A program made the translations under genes and the position numbers. This document shows positions 36,386 through 48,696 of a DNA stretch of 57,039 nt, piece after piece. The notes beneath the pieces were generated by a model. That model was not told the origin of the DNA, searched no databases, and saw nothing but the letters and a program-made list of their open reading frames with translations. Numbering within the stretch: position 1 is the first letter of the stretch; the number at the start of each line of letters is the position of its first letter. Source of the stretch: Octopus bimaculoides (lineage: Eukaryota); assembly GCF_001194135.2 (NCBI RefSeq), contig NC_068984.1, positions 111,696,656 to 111,753,694 on the forward strand, read 5' to 3'.

Positions 36386-36565
36386 AATATGTATACGTTG
36401 AGCTTCTTTCAGTTTCTAGCTACCAAACCCATCCACAAGGCTTTGGTCAGCTTGGGGCCATAGAAGACAACACTTGCTCAAGGTGCCATGCCATGCAGTG
36501 AAGCCAAGTCCAAAACTAAGTGGTTAGGAAGTAAACATTCTTACCACACAATCACACCTGTGCCT
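36100..36565 (-). mobile_element. SINE family A with long internal (CA)n
   Basis: Tail 36100-36310, (CA)n ~36314-36382, head 36400-36565. Confidence 0.75.
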
Positions 36566-37961
36566 ATATACCTATATACCCTCAATGTAATCCCCAAACA
36601 GAATCAGGGTAACACAGAGTATGATAAATCTACCTTTTGAATTACAAATACAATCCATGTAACAGGTGTGAATTATGATATACCTGCTTTACTTGAGGCT
36701 AAAGAAAATAACATTTGTTCAAGATGCGAAGCAGTGAGATTGAACTAAGAACCTCAGTGCTGCAAAATGAACTTCTTAGCCATTCGGCCATACTACACCC
36801 TTTGATATTACAACATATATTAATTATTGTAAGGGTTTGTTTGTATGTATGACTGCATGTATGTATGTGATTGATATAAAGGGTAATAACTGTTACCTTC
36901 TTGAATTATGAATTATTTTGACTCATAAGGGCCAGTTTCCAGGTTTCCATGGTGTTTATATTCCTCGCCTGGATGGGACACCAACCCGTGACAGGATTAC
37001 TTTTCTTTTTGCCACCTGAGTGAACTGGAGCAATGGGAAATGAAGTATTTTGCTCAAGAACACAATGTGTCACTCAGTTCAGAAATTGCAACCGCAACCT
37101 TATGATCACGAGTTCAACACCCTGACCACTAAGCCACACGCCTCCACAAAAAGTAGGTAACGTTAACTTCTCGAGTCATACCAACTCATAAGGGTCATAT
37201 ATTCCCCACCTGGACAGGATGCTGGTCTGTCATATGATCACTCATTTGTGCCAACTGAGTCAACTGGAGCAACATGAAATGAAGTGTTACCTGGTCCATG
37301 AATCGAAACTACGATCTTACGACCAGGAATCCATCACCTAACCACTAAGCCACATGCCTGCACTCAATTACATCAACACCAGTGCCCAACTGGTACTTAT
37401 TTTATCGACCCCGAAAGAACGAGGGGCAAAGTAGACCATAGCGGAATTTGAACTCAGAATGTGAAGATGGATAAAATGCTGCTAAGATTTTCTCCCAGAG
37501 TGCTAACAGTTCTGCCAGCTCACCACTTTATAGACCTTAGAATACAGTGAATATAATAAGATGATTCTCTCTCTCCATATTCTGTGTCTAATGATCTGAT
37601 ATCTAGATATTAATATAAGTATGTCTGAGTAGATTAGTTTGACTGTGATTCTGGCTATTAGGCTATTATAGAGAAATAGAAAGTAATAATGGACTGTCAA
37701 ATAGAATATATATCAGGGCGAGTATACCTATGTCTCATCTTGGTGACTGATATATATATATGTGTGTGTGTATGTGTGTGTGTGTGTGAAGGCACATATC
37801 CTAGTGGCTAGGATGTTGCACACACCATCGCTAGATCGTAGGTTCAATTCCTAAGCTGAATGATGTGCTGTGTGCTCTTGAGCAAAACAATTCATTTTAT
37901 GTTGCTCCAGATCTGCACAACTGAACTGAACCCAGAACCATGTGGTTGGGAAGCAAACTTC

Positions 37962-37993
<32 letters not shown>

Positions 37994-38078
37994 TGTGTTT
38001 GTGTATCTAATATGTGACCACGTGTGCATCGTTGGTGATTTTCTTTCTCTGTCTTCCCTTCTTTGGACTTTTTCTATA

Positions 38079-38111
38079 TTTCTGATGAAGAGCTCCGCTC
38101 GAAACGTGAAA
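38079..38111 (+). ncRNA. Minimal type I hammerhead ribozyme motif (cleavage triplet reads GUG, probably inactive)
   Basis: TTT-CTGATGA-A-GAGC(TCC)GCTC-GAAAC-GTG-AAA. Confidence 0.65.
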
Positions 38112-38256
38112 CCCTCTTTCTTTTCTTTCTTTCCTGAGCGTCCAATAACACTATACTTATTCCACGTCCTCGCGTTGTTGATTTTTCGTGTTTTTTCTTG
38201 CTTGTTCATGTTTGAATCAACATATATATATATATTATTATTATTTTTATTTATAT

Positions 38257-38297
<41 letters not shown>

Positions 38298-38767
38298 GAT
38301 TACTCATAAGGTGCATGACCTAGTCAAGGTGTATGGCCTAGTGTGAGGGTGCATGGCCCAGTGGTTAGAGTGCTGTACTCTCAGTCACTAGATCATGGTT
38401 TCAGTTCCTAGACTGATTAGTGCATTGTGTTCTTGAGCAAAACACTTCATCTCACATTGCTCACTTCAATACCTCACACATGGTACATTGTGCACCTGTT
38501 CAGATAACGTTGATTTGATGGAGAGAGGAAGTTCATGTGTGGCACGAACATTTGATCACTATAAACAAATCATTTGTGTGCAGACCTTTCGGCAAAAGCT
38601 GAATCATCTTCAAAATCATCAGACACTGTCTTTAACAGGAGAGTCCATCATTACCCATAATACTCAAAATGGCTTCACACACGCACACATGCAGATATGG
38701 ATATATAAATACATGAGCTTACACTCAAGTGAAAATGCATTATGATTAAAAGCAATTATGTTGCTGT

Positions 38768-39150
38768 TGTTGTTGGCACTCCGTCGCTTACGACGTCGAG
38801 GGTTCCAGTTGATCCGATCAACGGAACAGCCTGCTTGTGAAATTAACGTGCAAGTGGCTGAGCACTCCGCAGACACGTGTACCCTTAACGTAGTTCTCGG
38901 GGATATTCAGCGTGACACAGTGTGACAAGGCTGACCCTTTGAATTACAGGCACAACAGAAACAGGAAGAAAGAGTGAGAGAAAGTTGTGGTGAAAGAGTA
39001 CAGCGGGGTTCGCCACCATCCCCTGCCGGAGCCTCGTGGAGCTTTAGGTGTTTTCATTCAATAAACACTCACAACGTCCGGTTTGGGAATTGAAACCGCG
39101 ATCCTATGACCGCGAGTCTGCTGCTCTAACCATTGAGCCATTGCACCTCC
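38768..39150 (-). mobile_element. tRNA-headed SINE, tail C3, CpG-intact
   Basis: Head AATGGCTCAATGGTTAGAGC...GGTTTCAATTCCC; tail ...CTTGCACGTTAATTTCACAAGCAGGCTGTTCCGTTGATCGGATCAACTGG. A decayed relative lies at 25150-25455. Confidence 0.8.
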
Positions 39151-39441
39151 ACCAAAAAAAAAGCAATTATGTATCACATGTAAAAACCACGTGGTTATGG
39201 GGTTCAATCTACTTGCAGGGCAGCTCAAGTAAATGTTATTTTCTCTAGCCTAGGATAGGCTTATATCTTGCAAATATAACTTAGTACCTGGGCATTGCAG
39301 AAAAACGAATCTGGTCCCTTGTTTCTGCAATTCAAAGAGTACAGACCTCATCACACATTATGTTACACCAATTTTTTTTGTCTGTGGAATACTCAGCCAC
39401 TTATATTCTAATTCAGTGAGCAAGGTAATTTTGTTGATGGC

Positions 39442-39535
39442 ACAACTGAGTCCTCATTGTTGAACAACTGAGTCCTTATAGTTGAACAACTGAGTCCTCG
39501 TTAAACAACTGGGTCCTTGTTGTTGAACAACTGAG
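39442..39535. repeat. Minisatellite, five ~22-bp units (GTTGAACAACTGAGTCCTNNT)
   Basis: ACAACTG(A/G)G at 39442, 39464, 39486, 39505 and 39527. Confidence 0.9.
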
Positions 39536-40816
39536 ATCTACCATCATGCACTCAAACACATATGGAGAGATGCGTTATTGGTGGAAGTGTTTTTTTCTGT
39601 ATAGAATTCTACCATTTTCATACTTTTGAGACAAATCTGAGACTTCTTCCTCAGACAAAATGATTATTGTTGTTACAGAGTTGGTGTTGGTCAGTGTTCT
39701 AACCCTGACATGACCAACTGTTACCTTATATCTTCCCAGGGTCAATGAAATAACTACCAGAAGTATAGGATGTCAATTCTGTCTACTATGCCATTATATG
39801 ACAAACTTATGGACTTGTGCCAAAGATGAAAAAAAATATATGCTGTTAATATTGTCATAGTTATTGCTGTCCTTGTTGTTGTTGTTGTTGGGATTGTTGT
39901 TCTTGTAGCTGCTGCTTTTCCTTTGGGAATCAATGTCTAATTAATAAGCTTTTTTGAAGTTTCTCGCGCATTTACTGAACAAAAAAGATTCCCCCGAGGC
40001 AGGCAAATGTTTGGCAACTTGCATGGCAAAGTGCGCAGAGTGGCATGTTTTGTATCATGTGACGTGGGGGGGGGGACCTGGCGTATCGGAGACACTAATG
40101 TACCTGTTTCAGATATTTTTGGGTGTGTTCACAGGAACATTCCCAGCATGCCGTTTTCAACTCAACGTACATACATAATTCTGTTATCATCATTGCTGAC
40201 TTACTTTACATACATTCTTACCTTTATATCCACTTATTCTTCTCTTGAAACCTATTTATCCAATTTACCTGAATATATAATTCCCTTTACTCACCCTGCT
40301 CTTATCCACAATCTTACCCACTCACCTGTGTCTGCATACCTCTATCTTTATTTATTACTCACTAATAGCACCTAATTTAACTAAACTTTTACTCAGTTTC
40401 CTGCTTCTCAATCTAAACCATGTCCATAGCCTATTTATCTAAGTTATCTCAAGTAAGTTCCCTTTTATATTTTTTCAATCGCATATCCCTACTCAATAGT
40501 TTGTCAATACTCCCTGTTTTTTTTATTTATTCTGCCTTATATTTTGTCATATATTCTAATTAGCTTATGCAATCTACCTACACATAGATACGTGCCTGTC
40601 TCCTAACAAATGTCACATACACATTTATCTAACTTATTTTTGCTCACAACAATGAAAGCGCATGGCCCAGTGGTTAAGATGTGGCACTCAAGAGACCAGG
40701 TGATGCGTTGTGTTCTTGAGCAAAACACTTCATTTCACTTAACCCTGCAATCACAGAGCAGTCTCGATACAACAAAGAAACAAGAATAAAAGCAAGATGA
40801 CATGACAACACCATTT

Positions 40817-41152
40817 CTGAGACCCCCTTCAGTCATGACTGACCATGGGATTGCACCTAGAAAGTTATCCTCCCAGGTACAAGTCCGGGCAAGGTTGTTT
40901 ATGGAAGACCAGCAGTCGCCCATGCATACCAGCTTCCCCTCTCCACGCCACCAGTGTTATCCAAGGGAAAGGCAAAGGCCAATACAGCTTGGTACCTGTG
41001 ATGTTGCAACTCATTTCTACAGCTGAGTGAACTGCAGCAACGTGAAATAAAGTGTCTTGCTCAAGAACACAACATGCAGCCCAGTCTGGGATTTGAACTC
41101 ACAACCTTGTGATTGTAAGCTTGATGCTCTAACCACTGAGCCATGTGCCTTC
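40817..41152 (-). mobile_element. SINE family C, tail C1, full length
   Basis: Matches 4715-4922 and extends to CTAGGTGCAATCCCATGGTCAGTCATGACTGAAGGGGGTCTC. Confidence 0.85.
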
Positions 41153-41199
41153 ATATAAACGGGAGGTGGGCAATGGTGGGGTGGGTGCAGGGAGAGAGA

Positions 41200-42000
41200 G
41201 TAGAGGCATGGTTCATGGAACATGCCCTGGCAAGGGCTGTGTGGATAGTGGTGAGGGAATATCCAAGAAAGATGAAGTGGCAAGCTATGAGTTGAGACTG
41301 AGTCTCAAAGTCATGGTTTTCACTGCAGAGCCTGTGCAGATGGAGGAATTGGGAGTAGGGGATGGCGAGCTTGGTGTGGGTAGGGTGTTAGGAGGAGAAG
41401 TTAAGGTAGGGGTGTGAGTCAGTGCGTTTGTAGTGGATGGAGGGAGTGGAGTGGTGTATGGTGATGGAAATGTCAAGAAATATGACGGAAGTGTTGGAAA
41501 TAGTGTAGGAGAATCGAACACAAGATGGAAGGATTGGACAAAAGAGTGGAAGGAGTCTAATTGTTTGCCAGAGAGTGAGGTCACACTGATACAGTCATCA
41601 ATATAATGACCATATAGTTTGGGAGTGGGACCAGTGAATTATGAAGATATTTTGACTTCAACATAGCCAGTGAACAAGTTCACATAGTTGGGACCCATTC
41701 TTGTTCCCATGGCCACTCCCAAAGTGTTTGTAAAAATCCCCCACAAACAAGAAGCAGTTGAAAGAGAGAACAAGTTTGGCCAGATGAAAAACTGTGGAGG
41801 TATCAGGTTGGGGGTTAGGCTGAAGGTCCAGAAAGTGTTTAAGTGCAAGAAGTTATTCGTTATGTGGGATCCTTGTATATAGACTCTTGATATCAAGAGT
41901 AAAGAGAAGTTTAAAGGGGCCAGAAGGGAAGGAAAAAGAGTTAAAGAGATAGAGAGCATGGTTAGGGTCATGTATGTGGGAGAGGATGGGAAACCACTTG
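41200..42000 (-). pseudogene. Penelope-like element, RT domain remnant
   Basis: Minus frames give LLFTLDIKSLYTRIPHNE, GVAMGTRMGPNYVNLFTGYVE, YIDDCISVTS, VIFLDISITI, HYKRTDSHP and LAIPYSQFLHLHRLCS, which are PLE RT motifs. Confidence 0.9.
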
Positions 42001-42794
42001 GGAGGCAAGGACACAGTCTATATATAAACACACACATCCTATACACACACACATAAATATATCTGTAGGTGAAGGGAATGGAGTAGGTAGTTACATACTA
42101 CATATGTTTCAAAAGACACCAAATGACTATTATGTAACTTTAAGGTGCTACACAGATGTTCAATGTTCCTTTTCTTTGGGTGTTTTTATACCTGTTACTT
42201 ACAGATTCATATATATATATATATATATANNNNNNNNNNNNNNNNNNNNNNNNNNNNNNNNNNNNNNNNNNNNNNNNNNNNNNNNNNNNNNNNNNNNNNN
42301 NNNNNNNNNNNNNNNNNNNNNNNNNNNNNNNNNNNNNNNNNNNNNNNNNNNNNNNNNNNNNNNNNNNNNNNNNNNNNNNNNNNNNNNNNNNNNNNNNNNN
42401 NNNNNNNNNNNNNNNNNNNNNNNNNNNNNNNNNNNNNNNNNNNNNNNNNNNNNNNNNNNNNNNNTGTGCTGCATCATGCTGTGATGCAGCACAGAATTTT
42501 GAATTTTGTCAGTGAACAGGTCGCGGTCTCAAAGCGACGAAAATATTTTGACAAATTAAATTTAAATGTTGAAGTGAATCTAACGGATTTTGTGTGTTAT
42601 TTTAAATGACTTATAAACACCTTCCACGCTGCAATTGTTTTCGTTCCAGCACACGATCTCAGATCAGGTCACTTGCTATGCAAGTGCATCTCCGTAATAT
42701 ATATATATATATATATATTATATGTATATATGCTTAAGAATTTGTCTTGCAAGATTTCTGATGTGAAATCGTGTGTTGAAACAGATATTGTTAT

Positions 42795-42965
42795 ATTTAG
42801 GATGGTCGTTTATTGTCTTTATCTATGTGATTGGCATAGGGATTTTTAAATTCTCCTTCACATAATCCAATACAGGTCTTCTTATCAGTTGTATTATCAT
42901 GTAGTGTACTATTCCATGATGGTAAGATCAGTAAAAAAAGTACTCCATCTGGTGAACGATAAATA
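42795..42965 (-). pseudogene. Penelope-like GIY-YIG endonuclease remnant
   Basis: DKKTCIGLCEGEFKNPYANH resembles K.YIG..E..FK.RY.NH. Confidence 0.55.
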
Positions 42966-43269
42966 TTATTTAATAAACACACTATATATTTTTTATAAGC
43001 TACCAATAGTTTCATATATAAAACAGCTCAGACAGCATCTTATAACACCTCCAATTCTTTCTCTACTTTTCCCCTTCCTCTCCACATGGTATCTCTCGTT
43101 AATCCCACTTCTACTCTTACTCCTCCAATTCCTTCTCTACCTTCTCCCTTCCTCTTGACATGGCATCTCTCCTTATTCCTACACTTACTTTGCCATTCTA
43201 CTCCACTGCCATTCTCCTCCTACCATATATCACCACCAAGCGGCAACTACATGACTTTGCTGCTGCAGT

Positions 43270-43420
43270 TAATGTTTTCCTTCCTTTCTTCCTTTCTTTC
43301 TTTGTTCCTTTGTTCCTTTCTTTCTTTGTTCCTTTCTTCCTTTCTTTCTTTGTTCCTTTCTTTCTTTCTTTCTTTGTTCCTTTGTTCTTTTCTTCCTTTC
43401 TCTCTTTCCCCCTTCCCCCT
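43270..43420. repeat. Pyrimidine-rich (TTCC/TTTC/TTTG) tract
   Basis: Read directly. Confidence 0.9.
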
Positions 43421-44354
43421 CTCTCTCTTACGGCTTAATAATGTTATGGCTGTCTCACTTAACCCTTGACTAAGCTGTAACTATGTTAATTGACACTCCA
43501 CCTCTCTCTCCCTCTCTCCCTCTGTCTTTCTCTCTCCTTCTCTTTCCCTCACCCTCCCACCTGCATAGCAGATAAATTGTGATGATGGAATAAACAGTTA
43601 TGGGTAACAAACAACAACAACAACAACAGCAGTAACAACAACAAAAATAGCCAATAGCAGCAACAACAATTAAAAGCAGTCATAACATCAACAACAGCAG
43701 AAGCAGCAGCATCTACGAGAATTGCTGCTGCTGCAGCAACTACAAAAACAATAACTGCAACAACAATTGAAACTAGTCATAAGCAATACAACAACAACAA
43801 AAACAATAACGACAATAATAAAAAGAAGAATAACATAAATAGTAATTAGTGTTTCTAATTTAGAAACAAGGGCAGCAATTTTGTGGTGAGTGGGTTAGTC
43901 AATTATACCAACCCCTGTGCTAGATTAGTACTATGTTTTATTGACGCCGGAAGGATGAAAGGCAAAGTTGACCTAGGCGGGATTTGAACTCAGAATGTAA
44001 GGAGCCAGAACAAATACCACCAAGTGTTTTTTTTCCAATGCTTCAATGATTCTGCCAGCTTGTCACAGTGCACAAGGCCTGCAATTCTGAGAATATAAGT
44101 TTAGTTGATACCATTAATTCCAGTTCTTGATTAGCATCGTATGTTATCAACCCTGCCCACCCAAAAAAAATTTCAAAAGGGTGGGGTAAGTAGGCACTGG
44201 CATTACTGTGTAATAAGAAACCTGCTTCTCAAACACATGGTTCCAGGTTCAGTAACACTTCATGGCACCTTGGGCAAGTGTCTTCTACAATAGCCCCAGG
44301 TCAACCAAAGCCTTGTGAGTGGATTTGATAGACAGAAACTGAATGAAATCTATC

Positions 44355-44389
<35 letters not shown>

Positions 44390-44413
44390 AAGAGAGAGAG
44401 AGAGACGTATATG

Positions 44414-44447
<34 letters not shown>

Positions 44448-44473
44448 NNNNNNNNNNNNNNNNNNNTCCGTAT

Positions 44474-44510
44474 TCTTTCTGTTGAAGAGCGTAGCTCGAA
44501 ACGTCAAAGA
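44474..44510 (+). ncRNA. Minimal type I hammerhead ribozyme motif (core A6 mutated to U)
   Basis: TCTTT-CTGTTGA-A-GAGC(GTA)GCTC-GAAAC-GTC-AAAGA, with a 5-bp stem I, 4-bp stem II and GUC site. Confidence 0.7.
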
Positions 44511-45484
44511 CTTTCCGTATTCCCGAGCGTCATACTAATATATCCTTTTGTTATTTACACCACCTGTCCTCGTCTGTTGTTATTATTTGTATATTCTCCC
44601 ATATATATATATATAATATGATGTATTTCAGGATGGTCATTTTTTTTTTTTTTGTCACATAAACACATGTACCATACATTTGTTCCTTGCTCATTTATTA
44701 CTCTTCTTATTTTATTTTTTATTTTAACCAATGTCCATTGTTCAGAAATCACTCATCACACATCTGTGACCTCTTCAGCAACACTTTTCGTTTTCATGTG
44801 TGCTCTTGCTCCACTTACTCCATTCTGTCCTTCTAAAATGTGTATCCTTGTGTGTGCATGCATTTGCATCCATGTTTGTGCATGTGTGTATGTGCATGTG
44901 TGTATGCATGTGTATACATGTTGTTCTTATATATGATGACATAGTTAGATAGATATATAGATAGCTAGATTGATATAGATATATATTTATATATGTATGT
45001 ATGTATGTTTGTGTGTCTTTGTGAATGTGTTTTACCCCCAGTACTTCTTGACATCCAATTTACATACTTGTAACTTAGTGGTTTGGCAAAGAGATTGATA
45101 GAATTAATTACAGGCTTTAAAAATAAGTACTGGAGTTGACTTATTCTACTAAACCTTAAAGGTGGTGCACCAGCATGGCTGCAATCCTACGAATGAATCA
45201 AGTAGAAAAAAAAAAGAAAATAATATGAAAATCAAGAGGTGACCTCAGAATGTCAAGAACTAGATGAAATATCACAAATCATTTTTTCTGACTCTCTAAC
45301 AATTCTACCAATTATCTTAGCTAATGATAGCAGTTATTTCTACAATAGGAAAAAAGCCTGAAATATTTTGAGGAAGGGGTCAGTTGATTACATCGACCCC
45401 AGTACTTGACTGGTATTTATTTCATCAACTCCAAAAGGATCAAAGATAAAGTCAACCTTGACAGCATTTGAACTCAAAATATAA

Positions 45485-45704
45485 CCCTTTGGCATTTAAA
45501 CCAGCCAAATCCAGCCAAAATATTCTATCTGTTTTATGATCAAATTGATCAGATCCAACCCCTCTCATCTATCTTATAATGGTATGCTAAAAAACAACAA
45601 TGACCTCATTGAAATCTCAAAGTTATGAAATAATGCATGATTAATTCAAAATGATGTGAATGAATAAGCAATAGATTTGACCGAATAATCTGAATGCTAA
45701 AGGG
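45485..45704. mobile_element. piggyBac-like MITE inserted in a SINE B copy, TSD ATAA
   Basis: ATAA-CCCTTTGGCATT...AATGCTAAAGGG-ATAA; the flanks rejoin as SINE B (TTGAACTCAAAATATAA|AGAAGGAAGAAATGCC). Confidence 0.85.
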
Positions 45705-45754
45705 ATAAAGAAGGAAGAAATGCCATTAAACATTCTCTTTTAAACTTTTACTTT

Positions 45755-45993
45755 TTTACTTGTTTCAGTCATTTGACTGTGGCCATGCTGGAGCACCGCC
45801 TTTTTAGTCGAACTAATCAACTCCAGGACTTATTCTTTGTAAGCCTAGTACTTATTCTGTAGGTCTCTTTGGCCGAACTGCTAAGTTACGGGGATGTAAA
45901 CACACCAGCATCAGTTGTCAAGCTATGTTGGAGGGACAAACACAGACACACAAACATATACACACATACATACATACATACATACATACATAC

Positions 45994-46028
<35 letters not shown>

Positions 46029-46217
46029 TATCTATATATATATATATATATATACGACAGGCTTCTTTTAGTTTCCGTCTACCAAATCCACTCACAAGGC
46101 TTTGGTCGGCCCGAGGCTATAATAGAAGACACTTGCCCAAGGTGCCACACAGTGGGACTGAACCCGGAACCATGTGGATCGTAAGCATGCCACTTACCAC
46201 ACAGCCACTCCTACGCC
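45755..46217 (-). mobile_element. SINE family A, full length, internal (CATA)n/(TA)n
   Basis: All three modules are well conserved. Further partial copies lie at 26100-26235, 32805-33040, 44190-44345, 45000-45210 and 50340-50455. Confidence 0.9.
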
Positions 46218-46226
46218 TATTCTGTC

Positions 46227-47892
46227 CATAATTAGTGAAAACCAACCTACATATTGATAACAGAACCAAACTGCATGCAGCTGACAGATAGGTGACAAGC
46301 TGGCAGAAATGTTAGCATGCTGGGTGAAATGCTTAGCAGTATTTCGTCTGCTGTGACGTTCTGAGTTCAAATTCTGTTGAAGTCGACTATGCCTTTCATC
46401 CTTTCAGGGTCGATAAATTAAGTACCAGTTACACACTGGGGTCGATGTAATCGACTTAATCCCTTTGTCTGTCCTTGTTTGTCCCCTCTATGTTTAGCTC
46501 CTTGTGGGCAATAAAGAATTAAGATTCCAAATATAATGCTACCCTGTACATACAAAGCAACCCTTCATAAACACACATTACAGAATTGAGAATGCAACTC
46601 ACAAGACCATATCTGCCAAAATTTCTTGAGAAAGAGGTCGTAACCCCAAAATATTGAAATACAAAATAAAAGTACACACCATCATCTTGTAATTTCTTAT
46701 AACTTGCACTGTTTGGGTTATTAAAAGATTTTGTCAGCTTGCTGCCTTAGATAGCCATTATAATGACACAGCAGTTGCAATGAGTAAGCCTACTAGAAAT
46801 AGCAGGGTTCTCAGCAATTGCCATTCCCATGACATTTTTGGTCATATATGTGATGACAGACTTATATCAACATCTCACAAAGAGGCCATTGCAATATACA
46901 ACATTCTATATACAATGTTCACTAACGTTGATGAACACATAAAATTTGAAGTGGTGCATCCCAATATCTGCAGTTTCTTATTACTGCTTGATTTTGAACT
47001 CCAAATCACAGAGAATGTATCTATTAGAGAAAGTCCATATGCAGGAACCTAATGTGTAATAATTCATCCCTACCCATCAGAACTAAGATGACCTATGTTA
47101 GAAATGAGATCCATTGGATATGCAATAAATGCACTGAGGCAAGAGACAAAAAGCCCATCACTTTACAGTTTCAAAATGTCCTAATGGCAATCCACACTCT
47201 ATCGCAGAATGCCAAGGACATCCAACGACAACCCACACATCTAGAGATAATGTGCTTTTCTGAAACTACGACGTTTTAATGGAGGGAAAGACTGCATACT
47301 CCAGTATACTCCAGACCACCCTGAGGAGGGTCTTAACCTAAAACAAGACAGCACAAAATAAGATCATATGTACATTGCCCATCTGCCCTAGCAGTTAGGA
47401 AATTGTATGTTTGCTGTACTACATGGTGTGTTAAATCACATGCAGCAAATGTAATGAGTCCTACATCAGAAGTACCATCAGACAAGTACACATACAGGTT
47501 AAAGAACAACTCTACACTAATGCTGTTTTCATCAAAAACTACCCATGGAAATGTCATACCCAAAAGGTCCAGGTGTCCACCAAAGCCACAGAAGGAAACA
47601 TTGGGAATCAAAGACTAAAAGAAGCCAACATAATTAGCAAAAGCAACCTACATATTAATAACAGAACCAAGCTGCATGCAGCTGACAGGCTACTATAGCA
47701 ATGCTGTCCTGTACATACAAAGCAACCCTTTGTAAATACACATTACTGAATAGAGAATTCAGCTCACAACACCATATCTCCCAAACTTACTTGTAGAAGA
47801 GTCCTAACTTTGAAATAGTGAAATACAAAATAAAAGTACACACCACCATCTTGTAATTTATTATAGCTTGCATTGTTTTGGTTTTTAAAAAA
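46227..47892 (+). mobile_element. Penelope-like element: RT C-terminal and GIY-YIG remnants between ~260-bp direct repeats
   Basis: DDRLISTSHKEA..FTNVDEHIKFEVVHP..LLLLDFELQI; SSLPIRTKMTYVRNEIHWI; KITCSKCNESYIRSTIRQVHIQVKE. Repeats at 46227-46727 (SINE-interrupted) and 47629-47892. Confidence 0.8.
46290..46523 (+). mobile_element. SINE family B, tail T1, inserted into the left direct repeat of a Penelope-like element
   Basis: Full B consensus; the flanks rejoin to match the uninterrupted repeat at 47629-47892. Confidence 0.85.
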
Positions 47893-47970
47893 ATTAAAAA
47901 GCTATATCTATATTAGGCAATATTTCATGCAAACTATGCTGCTCTAATACATGTATGCATGCATACATAA

Positions 47971-48006
<36 letters not shown>

Positions 48007-48027
48007 GCATGTGTGTATATATATATA

Positions 48028-48061
<34 letters not shown>

Positions 48062-48291
48062 NNNNNNNNNNNNNNNNNNNNNNNNNNNNNNNNNNNNNNN
48101 NNNNNNNNNNNNNNNNNNNNNNNNNNNNNNNNNNNNNNNNNNNNNNNNNNNNNNNNNNNNNNNNNNNNNNNNNNNNNNNNNNNNNNNNNNNNNNNNNNNN
48201 NNNNNNNNNNNNNNNNNNNNNNNNNNNNNNNNNNNNNNNNNNNNNNNNNNNNNNNNNNNNNNNNNNNNNNNNNNNNNNNNNNNNNNNNNNN

Positions 48292-48342
<51 letters not shown>

Positions 48343-48696
48343 CGTTGCTATTATGCAAATGTGTCATAAGTCCAAAAACATTGCTTTTTCAGAAAACAAA
48401 AATATAGTTTCACCATTCCATAGCAAAACCACTGTACTACACTTTTTGATATATTGACATGTGAAGCAGCTGGAGATCCTTTCTCACCATTTCTTCTCAC
48501 ATCTTCCTGGGTCTTAACAAAGTGTGCTTTTTATGTGTCACCAACACAGGTACATTTTTGAAGTGCCAGCATGAGTGTATTAGCACAGTACAGGCATGGG
48601 TTTACTTTAAGTGACACTGGCACACAAAAGGATAAACCTATATGTGTAGAAGACAGTGATTTTATGTAGCTTCTAATATATATTATATATATATAT

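Noticed and set aside
39442-39535. CRISPR-like repeat array
   Set aside because: The units are contiguous with no unique spacers, there are no cas genes, and the context is eukaryotic.
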